Assembly (NCBI GenBank): GCA_001724265.1
Contig: MEDY01000228.1
Location: forward strand, 1 to 47,713
Source: Rhizaria sp. SCN 62-66
Taxonomy: Eukaryota
DNA: 47,713 nt
Direction of reading: 5' to 3'
Shown here: positions 21,584 to 34,100 of the stretch, piece by piece
Layout of the letters: the number at the start of each line of letters is the position of its first letter
Numbering within the stretch: position 1 is the stretch's first letter
Program-made: the position numbers and the translations under genes
The notes under the pieces: model-generated
The model's input: the letters and a program-made list of their open reading frames with translations, nothing else
Databases searched by the model: none
What the model was told of the DNA's origin: nothing

Positions 21584-24500
21584 ATGCCGTCCTCTGGCGC
21601 CTCGATGCTCGGCACGCCCGCGCGCCGCCACCTCAAGGACAGCGCCAGCAGCTCTGCCGACAACGCCGCCGGCAGCAACAGCTCAGCCTCGGCCTCTGCA
21701 GCGGCGGCGCAGCAGTCGTCCTCGCTCTCCGGCCCCGCCGGTGTGCCCCACGCCGTCAGCAGTAGCGGTACGGGCTCTTCTGGCACGCGCCTGGGCCGTT
21801 CGTCGAGCAACAGCAGCCTCGGCGGCGGCTCGGGCGCGCTGGTTGAGGACGAGGATGACCCGCTCCTCAACGAGGGGAGCTATAGTAGGTCCTGGTGGTG
21901 CCTTCGCATCTTCCGCAACCCGCCGCTAGTGGAGCGCACCGTGCTCTACAACATTGGCGGCGGCGGCAGCGGCGGCGCTGGCGGCGGCGGCCTCAGCGGC
22001 CTCGGCGGGCTCGGTGGTGGCGGCTCGCATGCCGTTCTCGCCAGCTCCAGCCTCTCGTCTTCGCTCCTGTCGCAGTCCTCCGCGCTCACCGGCGGCGACG
22101 GCGGCGGTCTCGCGTCCGACAGCAGCGACGCCCCGGCCTCGGCGGCGGCGCTGGCGGCGTGTCCCGCGCGCGTGTCTGTTGAGCCCGCGCTGCGGTATCC
22201 GCCCAACACTGTGTGTAACCAGAAGTACTCGGTCTTGACCTTCCTGCCGCTGTTCCTCTTCAACGAGTTCCGCTTCTTCTTCAACCTGTACTTCCTCGTC
22301 GTCGCGCTTACGCAGTTTTTCCCCGTGCTGCAGGTCGGCTTCCTCTTCACCTACGTCGCCCCGCTGGCCATGGTGCTCGTGGTGTCCATGGTCAAGGAGA
22401 TCTACGACGACTTCCAGCGCTTCCTGCGCGACCACGCGGCCAACGGCGAGTTGTTCGAGCGCGTTTCCCCCACGGGTATCGTGGAGCCCGTGGCGGCCAA
22501 GGACATCAAGGTCGGCGACATCGTCGTTCTGCACACTAACCAGCGCGTGCCCGCCGACTGCGTCCTGCTGCGTACCCACGACGCGGCCGGCAGCGTGTTC
22601 ATCCGCACGGACCAGCTCGACGGCGAGACGGACTGGAAGCTGCGCCGCGCCGTGCCGACCACGCAGGCGCTGCCCGACGAGGCCGCGCTCGTCCGCATGC
22701 GCGCGCGGCTCGTCGCCGAGGCGCCCCGGCTCGAGATCTACGGCTTCGCGGGCGTGCTGACATTTTTCGGCATGCAGCCCGGGTACGAGCCGCCGCGTTC
22801 GCTCACCACGGCCAACAACAGCAACGCCGTCGGCCAGGGCAAGGGCAAGGGCCAGAAGCTCAAGGTGAAGCGCTCGGCCGGACTCCTGGCGTTCGCCCCG
22901 GCGGGCGCCGACGCCCACGCGCACGGCAGCAAGACCAAGCGGTCCGGGAGCAAGGGGCAGGGCGCCCGTCTGACCAACACCGACGACGACGACAACGACT
23001 CCGACAGCGACGACAGCGACGACGACGAGGAGGAGGATGGCGGCGACGTCGAGGCGCCTAAAGCCACCGCGGCCGCCGCGACGGCGAGTGCGACGGCGAG
23101 TGCCAGCGCGGCCGTGCAGAGCTCGATGGGCGCGACGGAGCCGCTGTCGCTGGAGAACACGCTGTGGGCCAACACCGTCGTTGCCTCGGGCACCATCGCG
23201 GCCGCTGTGATCTACACGGGCCGCGAGACGCGCTCGGCGCTCAACGCGTCACAGCCGGTCACCAAGTCTGGTCTGCTCGACGACGAGGTGAACCAGCTGT
23301 CCAAGGTGTTGTTCGGCATCACGATGCTACTAGCGCTCGCCATGACTACGCTGCGCGGCTTCGAGGGCCAGTGGTACATCTACCTCTTCCGCTTCGTGTT
23401 GCTCTTTTCATCCATTATCCCCATCTCGCTGCGCGTGAACCTGGACATGGGCAAGGCGCTCTACTCGCTGCTCATGATGCGCGACGCCGAGATCCCCGAG
23501 ACCGTGGTGCGCAGCTCGACCATCCCTGAGGAGCTGGGCCGCGTGTCCTACGTCTTCACCGACAAGACCGGCACGCTCACGCAGAACGTCATGCTCTTCA
23601 AGACGGTGCAGCTCGCGCCACAGCTGACCTACGGCCGCGAGCAGCATGACATCCTTAAGCGCATGCTCAGCGGGGCTTACGCCAAGCCCGGCACCTCCGT
23701 CCAGGCGCTCGAGGAGGCTGAGGCGGCGGCCGCGGCGGCCGCGGAGGCCGGCATTACCGCCACCCCCCACTCGCTCACCATCGCGACTGGCGGCGGCGCC
23801 AGCGGCGGCAACGCCGGTCTTAAGACCAGCGCGAGCGGCAGCGGCAGCGGCGGCGGCGGCAGCGGCGGCGGCGGCGGCGGCGGCTCTGCGGGCACGTGGT
23901 TCGCGGACCCCGAGTCCGACAACGACACCGACTCGTTCAGCGTTACCATCGCCGGCACCGACACAGGCTCGAACGCCCACACCAGCGTGGGGTACGACTA
24001 CGACCCGTTCTCCTCGGGTGCCCGCGTCCGTAGCGCTAGCAACAGCAACAGCAACAACAACAGCAGCGGCGCGCTCGGCGGATTCCAGACCGAGTCTTCC
24101 TCTCTCTCTCTCAGCTCCAACGCCAATGCTGCGCACGGTGCCGGTGCTGCGGCTGCGGGCGGCCTGCTGCAGTCGGAGTCGGCGACGGAGCTGGCGCTCA
24201 CGCGCTCGCAGTCTGCGCTGGACGCGGCCCGGCGCACGACGCGGCGCGCGCACGAGTTTGCGGCTACGGTCGAGGGCGCCGGGATGAGCCTGGGCGAGGC
24301 GCACGCGCTGACGCGGGCCGCGTTCGAGGCCGTGGCGCTATGCCACAATGTGACGCCCGTGACCGAGGAGGGCTCCGCGGGCAAGACCTTTCAGGCGGCG
24401 TCGCCGGACGAGGTCGCGCTCGTGTCCTACGCCGACTCGGCCGGGCTGGGACTCGAGGCGCGCGACGTGCAGACCATCACGCTGCGCGCGCCGACGGGCG

Positions 24501-26062
24501 AGCTGGAGACGTTCGACATCATCGTCGATTTCCCCTTCACCTCGGAGTCGAAGCGCATGGGTATTATTGTCCGTTCGCGGACCACGCGCGCCGTGACCTT
24601 CTACCTCAAGGGCGCCGAGTCCGCGATCATCCCACGTATTGAGCCCTCGGAGTGGCTCGAAGAGGAGGTCGCGAACCTGGCCCGCGTCGGGCTGCGCACG
24701 CTGGTCTACGCGAAGCGCTCGCTCACCGAGGCCGAGCTGGCGGCTTTCATGTCCCGTCTGGCCGTGGCTAAGGCGTCGATGGCGAACCGCGAGGCGCAGG
24801 TGTTAGCCGTGCTCGACTCGATCGAGCGCGGACTTACTCTGCTCGCGCTCACGGGCGTCGAGGACAAGCTGCAGGAGCACGTGCGGCCCTCGCTCGAGAT
24901 GCTGCGCAATGCGGGCGTCAAGATCTGGATGCTGACCGGCGACAAGGCCGAGACGGCGGCGTGCATCGGCATTTCGGCGCGCCTCATCGACCGCGGCCAG
25001 AGTATCGTGCGCGTGTTGCAAGCGACCTCGCGCGTCGACGCGCTGCGGCAGCTGGGGCAGACGATGTCGCAGCCTAACGCGTGCATCGTCGTCGACGGCG
25101 GCTCGCTGCAGCTGCTGCTGGACCACTTCCCCTGGGACTTCCTCGACGCTGCGAGCCAGGCGCCCGCGGTGATTTGCTGCCGCTGCTCGCCGACACAGAA
25201 GGCCGACGTGGTGACGCGCATGAAGGCCTACACCGGCAAGCGCGTGCTGGCCATCGGTGACGGCGGCAACGACGTGTCGATGGTGCAGGCCGCCGACGTC
25301 GGCGTCGGCATCGTCGGCAAGGAGGGCATGCAGGCCGCCATGGCTGCAGACTTCTCTATCACGCAGTTCTCTTTCCTGGTCCGCCTCATGCTCTGGCACG
25401 GGCGCAACTCGTACAAGCGGTCCGCCACGCTGTCGCAGTTTGTGATGCACCGCGGGCTGATTATCGCGATCATCCAGGCTGTTTTCTCGTCGCTCTTTTT
25501 CTACGTCGCCGTGTCCATCTACACCGGCTGGATCATGGTCGGCTACACCACCATCTTCACCATGTTCCCAGTCTTTTCGCTCGTGCTCGACGAAGACGTG
25601 GACCCCACCACCGCGTTCATGTTCCCCGAGCTCTACCGCGAGCTGCAGAAGGGCCGCCCGCTGTCGTACAAGACCTTCTTTGTGTGGTGCTTCCTCTCGG
25701 TGTACCAGGGCGGACTCATCATGATCCTCGGCATTCTGCTCTTCGAGGACTCGTTCGTCAACATCGTGTCGATCACCTTCACGGCGCTTATCCTCGCCGA
25801 GCTGGCCAACGTCGCGCTCTCGATCCACAAGTGGAACCCGTACATGGTCGGCGCGCAGGTGCTGTCGATCATCTTCTACTTCGTCTCCATGGTCGTTTTG
25901 CGCTCCTACTTCGATATCACCTTTATCTTCACGCTGCTCTTCATGTGGAAGGTCTGCGTTATCACCGCCGTCGTCACGCTGCCACCCGCGCTGCTTAAGT
26001 GGGCCATCGACCGCTACGACCCGCCCGCGTACTCGAAGGTCTCGCTCGCCGGCCGCGGTTGA
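21584..26062 (+). CDS. NEO1: P4-type ATPase phospholipid flippase, Neo1/ATP9 (class II) subfamily, 1492 aa, intronless
   Basis: Motifs YPPNTVCNQKYS, TDQLDGETDWKLR, IIPISLRVNLDMGK, RSSTIPEELGR, DKTGTLTQN (phospho-Asp), QAASPDEVAL, TGVEDKLQ, WMLTGDK and IGDGGNDVSM, followed by C-terminal TM helices. Ends in TGA. Confidence 0.96.
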   Translation: MPSSGASMLGTPARRHLKDSASSSADNAAGSNSSASASAAAAQQSSSLSGPAGVPHAVSSSGTGSSGTRLGRSSSNSSLGGGSGALVEDEDDPLLNEGSYSRSWWCLRIFRNPPLVERTVLYNIGGGGSGGAGGGGLSGLGGLGGGGSHAVLASSSLSSSLLSQSSALTGGDGGGLASDSSDAPASAAALAACPARVSVEPALRYPPNTVCNQKYSVLTFLPLFLFNEFRFFFNLYFLVVALTQFFPVLQVGFLFTYVAPLAMVLVVSMVKEIYDDFQRFLRDHAANGELFERVSPTGIVEPVAAKDIKVGDIVVLHTNQRVPADCVLLRTHDAAGSVFIRTDQLDGETDWKLRRAVPTTQALPDEAALVRMRARLVAEAPRLEIYGFAGVLTFFGMQPGYEPPRSLTTANNSNAVGQGKGKGQKLKVKRSAGLLAFAPAGADAHAHGSKTKRSGSKGQGARLTNTDDDDNDSDSDDSDDDEEEDGGDVEAPKATAAAATASATASASAAVQSSMGATEPLSLENTLWANTVVASGTIAAAVIYTGRETRSALNASQPVTKSGLLDDEVNQLSKVLFGITMLLALAMTTLRGFEGQWYIYLFRFVLLFSSIIPISLRVNLDMGKALYSLLMMRDAEIPETVVRSSTIPEELGRVSYVFTDKTGTLTQNVMLFKTVQLAPQLTYGREQHDILKRMLSGAYAKPGTSVQALEEAEAAAAAAAEAGITATPHSLTIATGGGASGGNAGLKTSASGSGSGGGGSGGGGGGGSAGTWFADPESDNDTDSFSVTIAGTDTGSNAHTSVGYDYDPFSSGARVRSASNSNSNNNSSGALGGFQTESSSLSLSSNANAAHGAGAAAAGGLLQSESATELALTRSQSALDAARRTTRRAHEFAATVEGAGMSLGEAHALTRAAFEAVALCHNVTPVTEEGSAGKTFQAASPDEVALVSYADSAGLGLEARDVQTITLRAPTGELETFDIIVDFPFTSESKRMGIIVRSRTTRAVTFYLKGAESAIIPRIEPSEWLEEEVANLARVGLRTLVYAKRSLTEAELAAFMSRLAVAKASMANREAQVLAVLDSIERGLTLLALTGVEDKLQEHVRPSLEMLRNAGVKIWMLTGDKAETAACIGISARLIDRGQSIVRVLQATSRVDALRQLGQTMSQPNACIVVDGGSLQLLLDHFPWDFLDAASQAPAVICCRCSPTQKADVVTRMKAYTGKRVLAIGDGGNDVSMVQAADVGVGIVGKEGMQAAMAADFSITQFSFLVRLMLWHGRNSYKRSATLSQFVMHRGLIIAIIQAVFSSLFFYVAVSIYTGWIMVGYTTIFTMFPVFSLVLDEDVDPTTAFMFPELYRELQKGRPLSYKTFFVWCFLSVYQGGLIMILGILLFEDSFVNIVSITFTALILAELANVALSIHKWNPYMVGAQVLSIIFYFVSMVVLRSYFDITFIFTLLFMWKVCVITAVVTLPPALLKWAIDRYDPPAYSKVSLAGRG

Positions 26063-26506
26063 GCCACGAGTCGGTCGTGTGACAACAAGATGAGCTTGTT
26101 GTGTTCAAGATTGTATTATGTGATGTCCTGGCCTCTTTTTAGTTTTGCAATATTATCTGATGTTTTTTTGATACTGTGAGAACAGTTAGTTTAATTTTTT
26201 GATTTGTATTTTATTATATAATACATTAATCGCGTTATTTTTACTATATCACTTTGTATTGACAAGCTATGCGTTGATATTGAGACTTGTGGTCGATATT
26301 GCTGACAGGCGTGGGTGACAGATCTTAGGTCGTCGGAGCGGAAGATTCGAGAGCGCCAATTGGCGTGAAAAGAGAGACTTAGAATATATAATTGAAATAT
26401 CATTTACTAATCTTACTATATAGTTTGGAACTCATTCGATTTGCTTACTGACGGACGTTGTGTTGCAATAACGAACTTTTCTTGTGCTTCTCTTCCAGAG
26501 CCCGCG

Positions 26507-27850
26507 ATGTCGGACGGCGCCCGCGACGACAACACAGACGCGTACGACGACTGGCGCAGCTCCGCCGCCTTTGCCGCGTCCCACGCGAGCATGCGCAGTC
26601 TGCGCGAGTGCCTCAAGAACAACGACGTCTTCGGCGTCCCCGACATGGGCGCAATCCTCCGCGCGCAGCAACAGCAAGAAGAGCAACAGCAACAACAAGA
26701 AAAACAACAGCCTGCAGACGCGAATCCAGAGGGCTCAGATAGCAGCAGCAGCAGCGCGGCGGCCGCCGCTGCGCCCCCGACGCTGCCGGTGCTGAGCGCC
26801 GTGGGCGTGTTGTCGGCGGCGACGGCGCTGAACGACGACGCGCTCTTCGCATCCCGCACGGCCCGCAACCCCCGTCGCACGCTGTCGGACCTGCGCAGCC
26901 TCGACATGAACCCCGGCAGCGCTAACCCCGGCGGCGGCACTGCGGCGGCGGGCGGCGCCGGCAGCGTGATGATGCCGTACCGGTCCGGCGCCGCGTCGTC
27001 GCTGCTGCTGCCGCGCCGCATCCTCGGCTCCCCCCACCATGCCAGCAGGGGCGGCAACAACAGCAATGACGACGATAGCTACGGTAACGTGATGCCGAGC
27101 TCCAGCGCGGTTGCGGGCGCGGCGAGCGGGATGTCGTCTTTGTACGGCTCGGCGCTGGACCTGCTGCTGCAGTACGCGCCGCCGGTCCGGCCGGGCGCGT
27201 CGCGCGCGCCCGCGGCTCAGGTGCGTCTCGATCTGTAGCGGTTCATTTAATCGAGTATATGTCGTCAATAGTCACTTTGCACGGGGATCATGTCAATGAA
27301 TTAATATTTAATTTGTGGATTTTTTATCTGAATTCGCTCTACTTATCCATGTATTCGTTATATATCGCGCGCTCACGCCCCTTTGTTATCATATTCTATG
27401 TGGCATTCAAACCTACTGTCTAACATTCCACACACACGCACAGGGCCGTTACGCGCTGGCCCCCGACGCGGCCCGCGCCCTGGACGCGCCCCTGCCGCTG
27501 TCCTTTGCGCTGTCTCTGCCGGGCACCCCAGTGCCCCTGACACCTCTAAGGGCCGACGACGCATACTACTACTGCGGCGCCACCGCCTCGCTCGATATCG
27601 ACTCCGACGCCGACGCCGCTCAGCCGCTATTGCTGCAGCCCTTGCAGCCCCACTCCAACGCCCCCGGCTACGGCTGGCGCCACGCGAGCGAGGTTGCGCG
27701 CGTGGCTTGCCCCGCCGCTGTGAACAGGCTGCTGGGGCCCGTAGCCTTGACGACCGTGCAGGGCTCCATTTCTAACTCCAGCGCTAATCCCAACTCTAGC
27801 TCTAGCGTGAACTCAGACTTCGCGTCTAGCTCGTCCAACAGCAGCAGCAA

Positions 27851-27881
<31 letters not shown>

Positions 27882-30806
27882 GAAACGAACGCTTCGAACA
27901 TCCCCGCGAACATCACACCTCCGCAGACCGAGACCTTGGTGTCGCCCTCTGCGGCCGTCTCCTCCGTGCCCGCCAGCGTCCGCACCGCCGCCCCCGCGCT
28001 TGCCGCGATTGCTGGCGGTGCCTTTTCGCCGCGGCCGCTGGCGTTTACGCGGCCGCTGCCCAACTTCCGGCCGCGGCCGCCGCTGACGCCGACACTGTCG
28101 ACGCCGACGCTATCGACGCCGACGCCCACGACCCCCAAGAGCGCGGCCACGCCGAGCAGCGCGGGGACGCCGACGCTCACGCAGTCGACGACGGCCACGC
28201 AGCCGTCAGCGACGACGACGACGAGCGCATCGGCGGCGGACGCGGCCACCGCGAGTCACAACAACAACGATAGCAAGAAAAATCATACCACCGCGCCTGT
28301 TGTCGCTAGTTGCAGCGCTGCTGCTGCTGCTGCTGCTGCTGTTGCTGATTGCAGCACGAATCTGCTGCCCGCTCGGTCCCATTCGAGCGCGGGCAGCGTC
28401 AGCGCGGGCAGCGTCGCCCCGCTCTTGGTCCCGAATCCCCTGTCCGCGACCACGACGACTCCAGTGCTCGCCTCGAGCTCTGTCATTGTGCCTCCCGCAA
28501 CTGTTTTTATGCCAGTCTTCACGCCCGCGACTCTCCCGACGACTCTTCCCGTCGCCCCTTCCTCCGCCTCTGCCTCTGTCTCCGCCTCTGGCCCTAGACC
28601 AGGACCTGCACCCGCGCCAGCGGCGCCAATGCCGGTGCCGGCGCCAGCGCTGCCCCCGGTCAATGGCACGGCGGCCGCGGTGCCCGGCCGGGGCGCGTTC
28701 CCGCTGAGTCGCGCCGTGGGGGCCCGGGGCGGCTTCTCATGCTCGGTCGGCGGGTACATGCTCACAGTCGCACACCGTCACAATACTGGCGACAAGGACG
28801 ACGGCCGCCATAGCGTGAGTGACTGCACTGATGTTCTGGGTGACCGAGAGCTGATGCTCGAGCTCAGCGCGCGGACTTTGCCTCTGCCGCGCCTCCTGCT
28901 CGCCACCACGTTCACTCCCAGTCACAGTCACTCGACTGCCGCAAGCTCAACCTCTGACTCCAGCTCTAGCTCTCGCTCTGACGCGAGTTCTTGCGCTGGC
29001 GCCCGCGTTAGCCGCAGCTCCAGCAGCAGTGTGTTCCTGTCGCTGGGCGTCCGCGGCGTGGGCTCCTCGCTGCTCCCGGGCCTGGCCCAGCTCGTGGCCC
29101 TCCTGCTGCCGCCCAGGCTCGACGCCGTCACCGTGTTCGCTGCCGTCGCCGCGCCAGAGGCAGCCGTCGCCGCCGTCGCCGCCGCGGAGGCTGCGAGTAT
29201 TGCCGCGGCGCACAGCGTTGTTAGGACTAATGACGGCGACGGCGTGAACGCTGAGACTTTGACCGAGAGCAGCAAGGATGACGATGACATCATCAAGTCT
29301 CCCGTCGAGGACGCCGACCTGAACACCACATCGGCGTTCCTTCAGTCCCACCCCGTTGCGGCGGCCGAGGAGCCTGCGTCCGCCGGTTGCTGCGGCGCCG
29401 AGGCCCGCCAGGCGCGCGCGCTGCTGTCCCTGCCGTTTCTGTCCCCTGACTACGCGGCGCAGGGCGTTGAAGACCGGCGCGACCTGCCCCTGGTCTTCGC
29501 GCAGCCCTGTCTTGAGCGCGCGCCCACCCCCGCGCTGCTGGCCGCGTGTGCCGCGCGCAGCGGCGCGGGCGAGGCGTGGACGTGGCACCCGCTGCGGCCT
29601 CTGAGCGTGAGCCGCAGTGTGTCGGCCGCCGAGCTCGCCGCGCTCGAGGCAGCTGTTCTGGAGAAGAGCAACAACACAAACAAGAACAGTTCGAACGACG
29701 CGGCCAGCACGGACGTTGGGGCTAACTTGGTAAAGAGTGCTGCGTTGCTCTATGCGCGTTCTCCGTTCCCCGCGGCCTCGGCAGCGCCGCTGTCGCCGCT
29801 GTCGTCTACCGCCTCCATCACGTCGCAGTCACCGGGCTTTGCGGGCGCCGGCACCGCCTTCTCCAGCGCTAGCTCCAGCTCCAGCTCGACCTTCAGCAGC
29901 GCGCTCAGCACCTCGGGCTTTGCGTCGAGCGCCTTCCCCGCTTTGACGGCCGCGGCGTCCCCCTGGAGCTCGCTCTGGACACAGGCCAGCGGCACGCTCG
30001 AGGCGTCGCTGCCGCTGCCGGTGCCGCTGGCGGGCCTCAAGCCGCGCTTCGCGTCGCTGCTCGCGTACGCGTACTGGCGCCTGGGCCGCACCATGGGGCT
30101 GTACGCGCGCGCCAGCCTCGACTGCCGCCAATATAGCCATGCCAACGCCGGGCCGACGACGCGGAGCGACGGTGAGCAGCGGGGAACCGCTGGCGCCGCC
30201 GCTGCCGAGAGCAGTGACGCGGACGCCGTGGCCGCTGAGGTGGCGTTGGCGGACGCCTTCACCGTGATTTGCCCCAGCATGCGCGACGCGCTGTTCCCCC
30301 TTGCCTCGGAGCACTGGGTCGCCACGTCCTCTCTCGCCCCGTCTCCTCTCGGCGCAAGCGCAACTGCCGGTGCGAGTGCTGCGACCGCGACTGAGAGCGA
30401 CGCTGTGCTGCGCAGCGCGGGCCGCTTCGCCGCGCTGCGCATGGCCCTGGTGGAGCCCGCGCGCCGCGCTGCGCGCGCGGCCGCTCTGCTCGCGCTCTCG
30501 GTCTGCACTGGAACCACCACCACTGCCGTTGACGCTGGCGCGGGCAGCGACCAGCCTTCCTTAGCGACTGCGACTGCCACTGCTGCTGCGACGCCGGCGC
30601 CGGTGTCTGCGGAGGAGGCGCTGGCGCGCGCGGGCGTGTGCGCGGTGACTGCGGCGCTGCACCAGGTGTTGCTGCTGGGCTTCGATGTCGCCTGCGAGCG
30701 CGCGGCCGACTATGTCGACGAGCAGGAGACTCTTGCGGAATCGGTGCAGGCGTTGATCGCGCTTGCGCTGTCGCTGTCCTCTGAGCCCGCGGTAGCTCTG
30801 CGCTAA
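26507..30806 (+). CDS. Hypothetical low-complexity protein, join(26507..27220,27444..30806), ~1358 aa
   Basis: Two GC-rich ORFs joined in phase 0 by an AT-rich GT-AG intron. Ser/Ala/Pro/Thr-rich with short hydrophobic islands. Ends in TAA. No domain recognised. Confidence 0.7.
27221..27443 (+). other. Intron of hypothetical gene (223 nt, phase 0)
   Basis: CAG|GTGCGT...TCTAAC...GCACAG|GGC, AT-rich. Confidence 0.75.
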
Positions 30807-31145
30807 AGTTTAGAGGGCAGAAACAGCGCATACATTCTTTAAGCTTAACAACTATATTGTTTCAAGAGTCAACTGTTTGGCAGTTGCTGCTGCTGAGTTA
30901 CAAGAAGAACTAGTACAGGAGCTGCCGGTGGGCTTGACATGAAAACGCAGATTTTCCTCGCATAAACAAGTGTTTATTCAAATGTGAACAGTATTTAATC
31001 AGATACAAGTTGCCCTTATAGCATAGATATATACAAAAATAAATCTTCCGGTGATCGAAATGCCATGCATATTATGTGAGAGACGGAAGAACTCAGGCCT
31101 GCAGTCTGGTGCACACACCCTACTGTCACGATCGCCACTGCCCAA

Positions 31146-34100
31146 TCACTCTTTGGAGCTCTTAAAATCTTCCGACAAGAAGTACGCAACAGCATCATAC
31201 TTGTGAATAGCCGCGTCAAATGTCCGCGTGGACACCGCACCCGAGCGCACGAGTTCCTTCAAGTGTTCGCGCGCCGCATCGTCGGTCATCTGCCGTTGCC
31301 CCAACACACGCAGCAACACAGTCAGTCCAAGCGGCGGCGGTCCCGCACCCGGCCGCGCCGCCGACGCGATCATCGCCAGAATATCCGCCGTGGGCTTCTT
31401 CATCAGCGTCAACAGCATGCCGGTCTGAACCGCCTCTGGACAGGCCGCAAGCACGCGCACGTCAACCTCTTCCTCAAACGCTTGCAGCAGGTTCGTCACG
31501 TCGGTATCAACAATCCCGCTCGCGTCCATCGGCGAGATCGCGCGCGCGCCAAACACCAGCACCCAGAACAGCGCGCGGTGCGTCTCAGCGTACACTGCGG
31601 CGGCCGCGGCGGCGAACAGCGCCTCCGGTAGCGCGGCAGACAGCGCGTCAAGCGCTGCGTCGAGCTTCGCAATGAAGCGGCCGGGGCCCTGCAGCGAGCC
31701 CCGCAGCGGCGCGGGCAGGAACGCAGTGTCCAGCAGTTCCGTCCGCAGGTCAACGTAAATCAGCCGCGCCGCCAATTGCAGCAGCAGCGCCTGTCGCGCT
31801 TCCGCAGCAGCCGTCACGGCCGCAGCGAAGGGGCCCGAGACGGCTGGCGCGGCCGAGCCGCCGCCCCGTGACCGCTGGCCGATCGCGCTCACACGAGCGC
31901 GCACGGGCGCGGGCGCTGGTGCGGGCAGGAGACGCGTAAGCACGCCCACGGCCGCCGCAGCGGTGACGGTGGCGTTGGTCGTCGCCATGGCTGAGGCGAT
32001 CACCTTGCCGGCCTTGGTCTGCGGCGCGCTGGCACCGACACTCGCGGCGCTGTTGGCGGCCGCGATGGCGGCGGTGGCGGCGGCAACCGCGGGCGGAGAC
32101 AGCCAGTGCGCGAGCGCGGGCTTGTAAAGCCCCGCAGCCGACGGCACTGGCGCGCCCCACGCCTGCAGCCCGGGCGCACCGCCGTCGCCGGTGTGTGAGC
32201 CCGCGTCGGCGTCAGCGCGCGCCATGGCGCCCGCGGCGGCCTCGACGGCGAGCCGGTGGACCCACTCGCCGTCCTTGACAGGCCAGCCGTCCGCGGCCGC
32301 GCAATCCAAGGCCGCGGCGCTATCGCCGCGCGCGTCAGCCGCCGGGGCCCAAACCTGCGCGCCGCCGGCCGCCAGCGCCGCGCCCCAGTGCTCCTCGGCC
32401 GCCGCAGCGAGCGCGGGCAGCGCGTCGGCGGCGTCGGCGACGGCCTTGAGGCGCGCGCACAGCACGGCCACGGTCGTCTCGGGCGCGGTGAGCCGCGTGA
32501 CGCCCGCGGCGCGCGCAGCAGCCAGCGGCGGCATCGGCACGGGCCGTGACGTTATCTGCAGGTTCGCGCCGCCGAGGATGGTGGACTTGCGCTTTGGGAT
32601 CGGCGCGACGCCCTTAAGCACCGCGGGCCGCAGCGCCTCGGCCGCGCGCGCGCCGCCGCCCAGCGCCGCGACGGCCGCAAAGAAAGATGACAACACGCGC
32701 GCGCACGCCTCGGCCGCAGCAACGGGGATGGCCATCGCCCACGCCCCGCCCGCCGCGGCCACTTCACCATGTGGCGAGGTCGCGCGGCCGCTCATCGACA
32801 CCGCGGCGGCGTTGGCGGCGGCCAGCGCGCGCCGCAGCAGCATTACCGTGTCGTCGCCCGCAGTCGCCTCGCCGCGCGCCCGCTTCGCCTCGCCCTTGGC
32901 GGACTGCGGCGCGGACGGCTGCGCGGGCGGCGCGAGGAGGCGGCCGGAAGCGACCGCGAATGCGCCCGCGTACGCTGGGCTCAGACTCAGGGCGCCGCCG
33001 GGCAGCAGCACGGCGTCATCGCGCAGCGCGCGTGCGACGGCGGCGGAGAGCGCGCCCTCGAGCCGCGCCTGCCAGGCCGCGATGAGCGCCGCGCTCAGCA
33101 GCGGCAGCGGCGGCGCGGCGGCGGCTAATGGCGCGAGCGCGTGTGGCGGCAACGCCAAAGCGCGCGGGGCCGCGGTCAGCGCTGCGGACGCAGCGGCGAG
33201 TCCCGCGAAGGCCGGCAGCGCGCCGTGGGGAAGCGCGCGTGGCAGCGCGGGGGCCGGCGTGGAAGTGCCGCCGCCGACGCTCGCGACGCCATCAATGACC
33301 TGTGTTACGGTGACGACTGTGGGAACGGGGACGGAGGCTGCAGCGCCACCGGAGCCGGAAACAATCGCTGGCGCAGAGACAGGCAAAGTCGGCAGCGCAA
33401 GCGCGGCGACGGCAAGGGCGTCGTAGCGCAGCAGTGCGGCCCAGCCTGCAAGCGCACCGAGCGAGCCTGGCAACGCAGCTTGCGCGGCAGACGCGAGAAC
33501 GGCCACCGACGCAGCGCGCGCAGCGAGCGCGGGAGTCACACCGCGCGCGCGGGAGGCGAGCCACAGCGACACGCGGTGACGCGCGCCGTGCGCGGGCGTC
33601 AGCGTCAGGGTGTGCGTGCGCTCTGCAAGCACGGGGATGCCGGGCAGCAGAGGCACCACAGACGTGGAGCTAGCGGATGTAGAATGAGGCTTGCGTTCGC
33701 GCGCCGTGTAGTTGTCCGCAAGCGGATCACGGTCGTCGTCGTTGTCATCGTCGTCGTCGTCAGAGTCGTTGTTCTTGTTGTCGTCGCTGTCATCGCCGGG
33801 CGCGCCATCGCCGCCTTCGCTCACTGTGACAACGACCTCGAGTGTGGCACGCGCCTCAGTCAACGCCTGTGCACGCATCGCGGTCGCGACCGCAGTCTCC
33901 GCCGCGGCCAGAGCGCGCGCTGCGGCGGCGAGCTCGTCCGAGTCCGCCGTCGACGACAGCAGCGCGCGCGTGCGCACAGATGCGCGCGCCGCCGCAGCCG
34001 CCCTGCGCCCGCCGTCGCTCGGCAGCGCACACACCGCCGCCGCACGCGCACGCAGCACAACGGGCGCGGGCGCAGAGAGACGCGGGTCCGCCGCCAGCGC

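Noticed and set aside
26082-26102. 8-bp hairpin ACAACAAG-atgag-CTTGTTGT just after the NEO1 stop
   Set aside because: It is short and AU-rich, and could arise by chance in a window this size. Bacterial-type terminators do not apply here.
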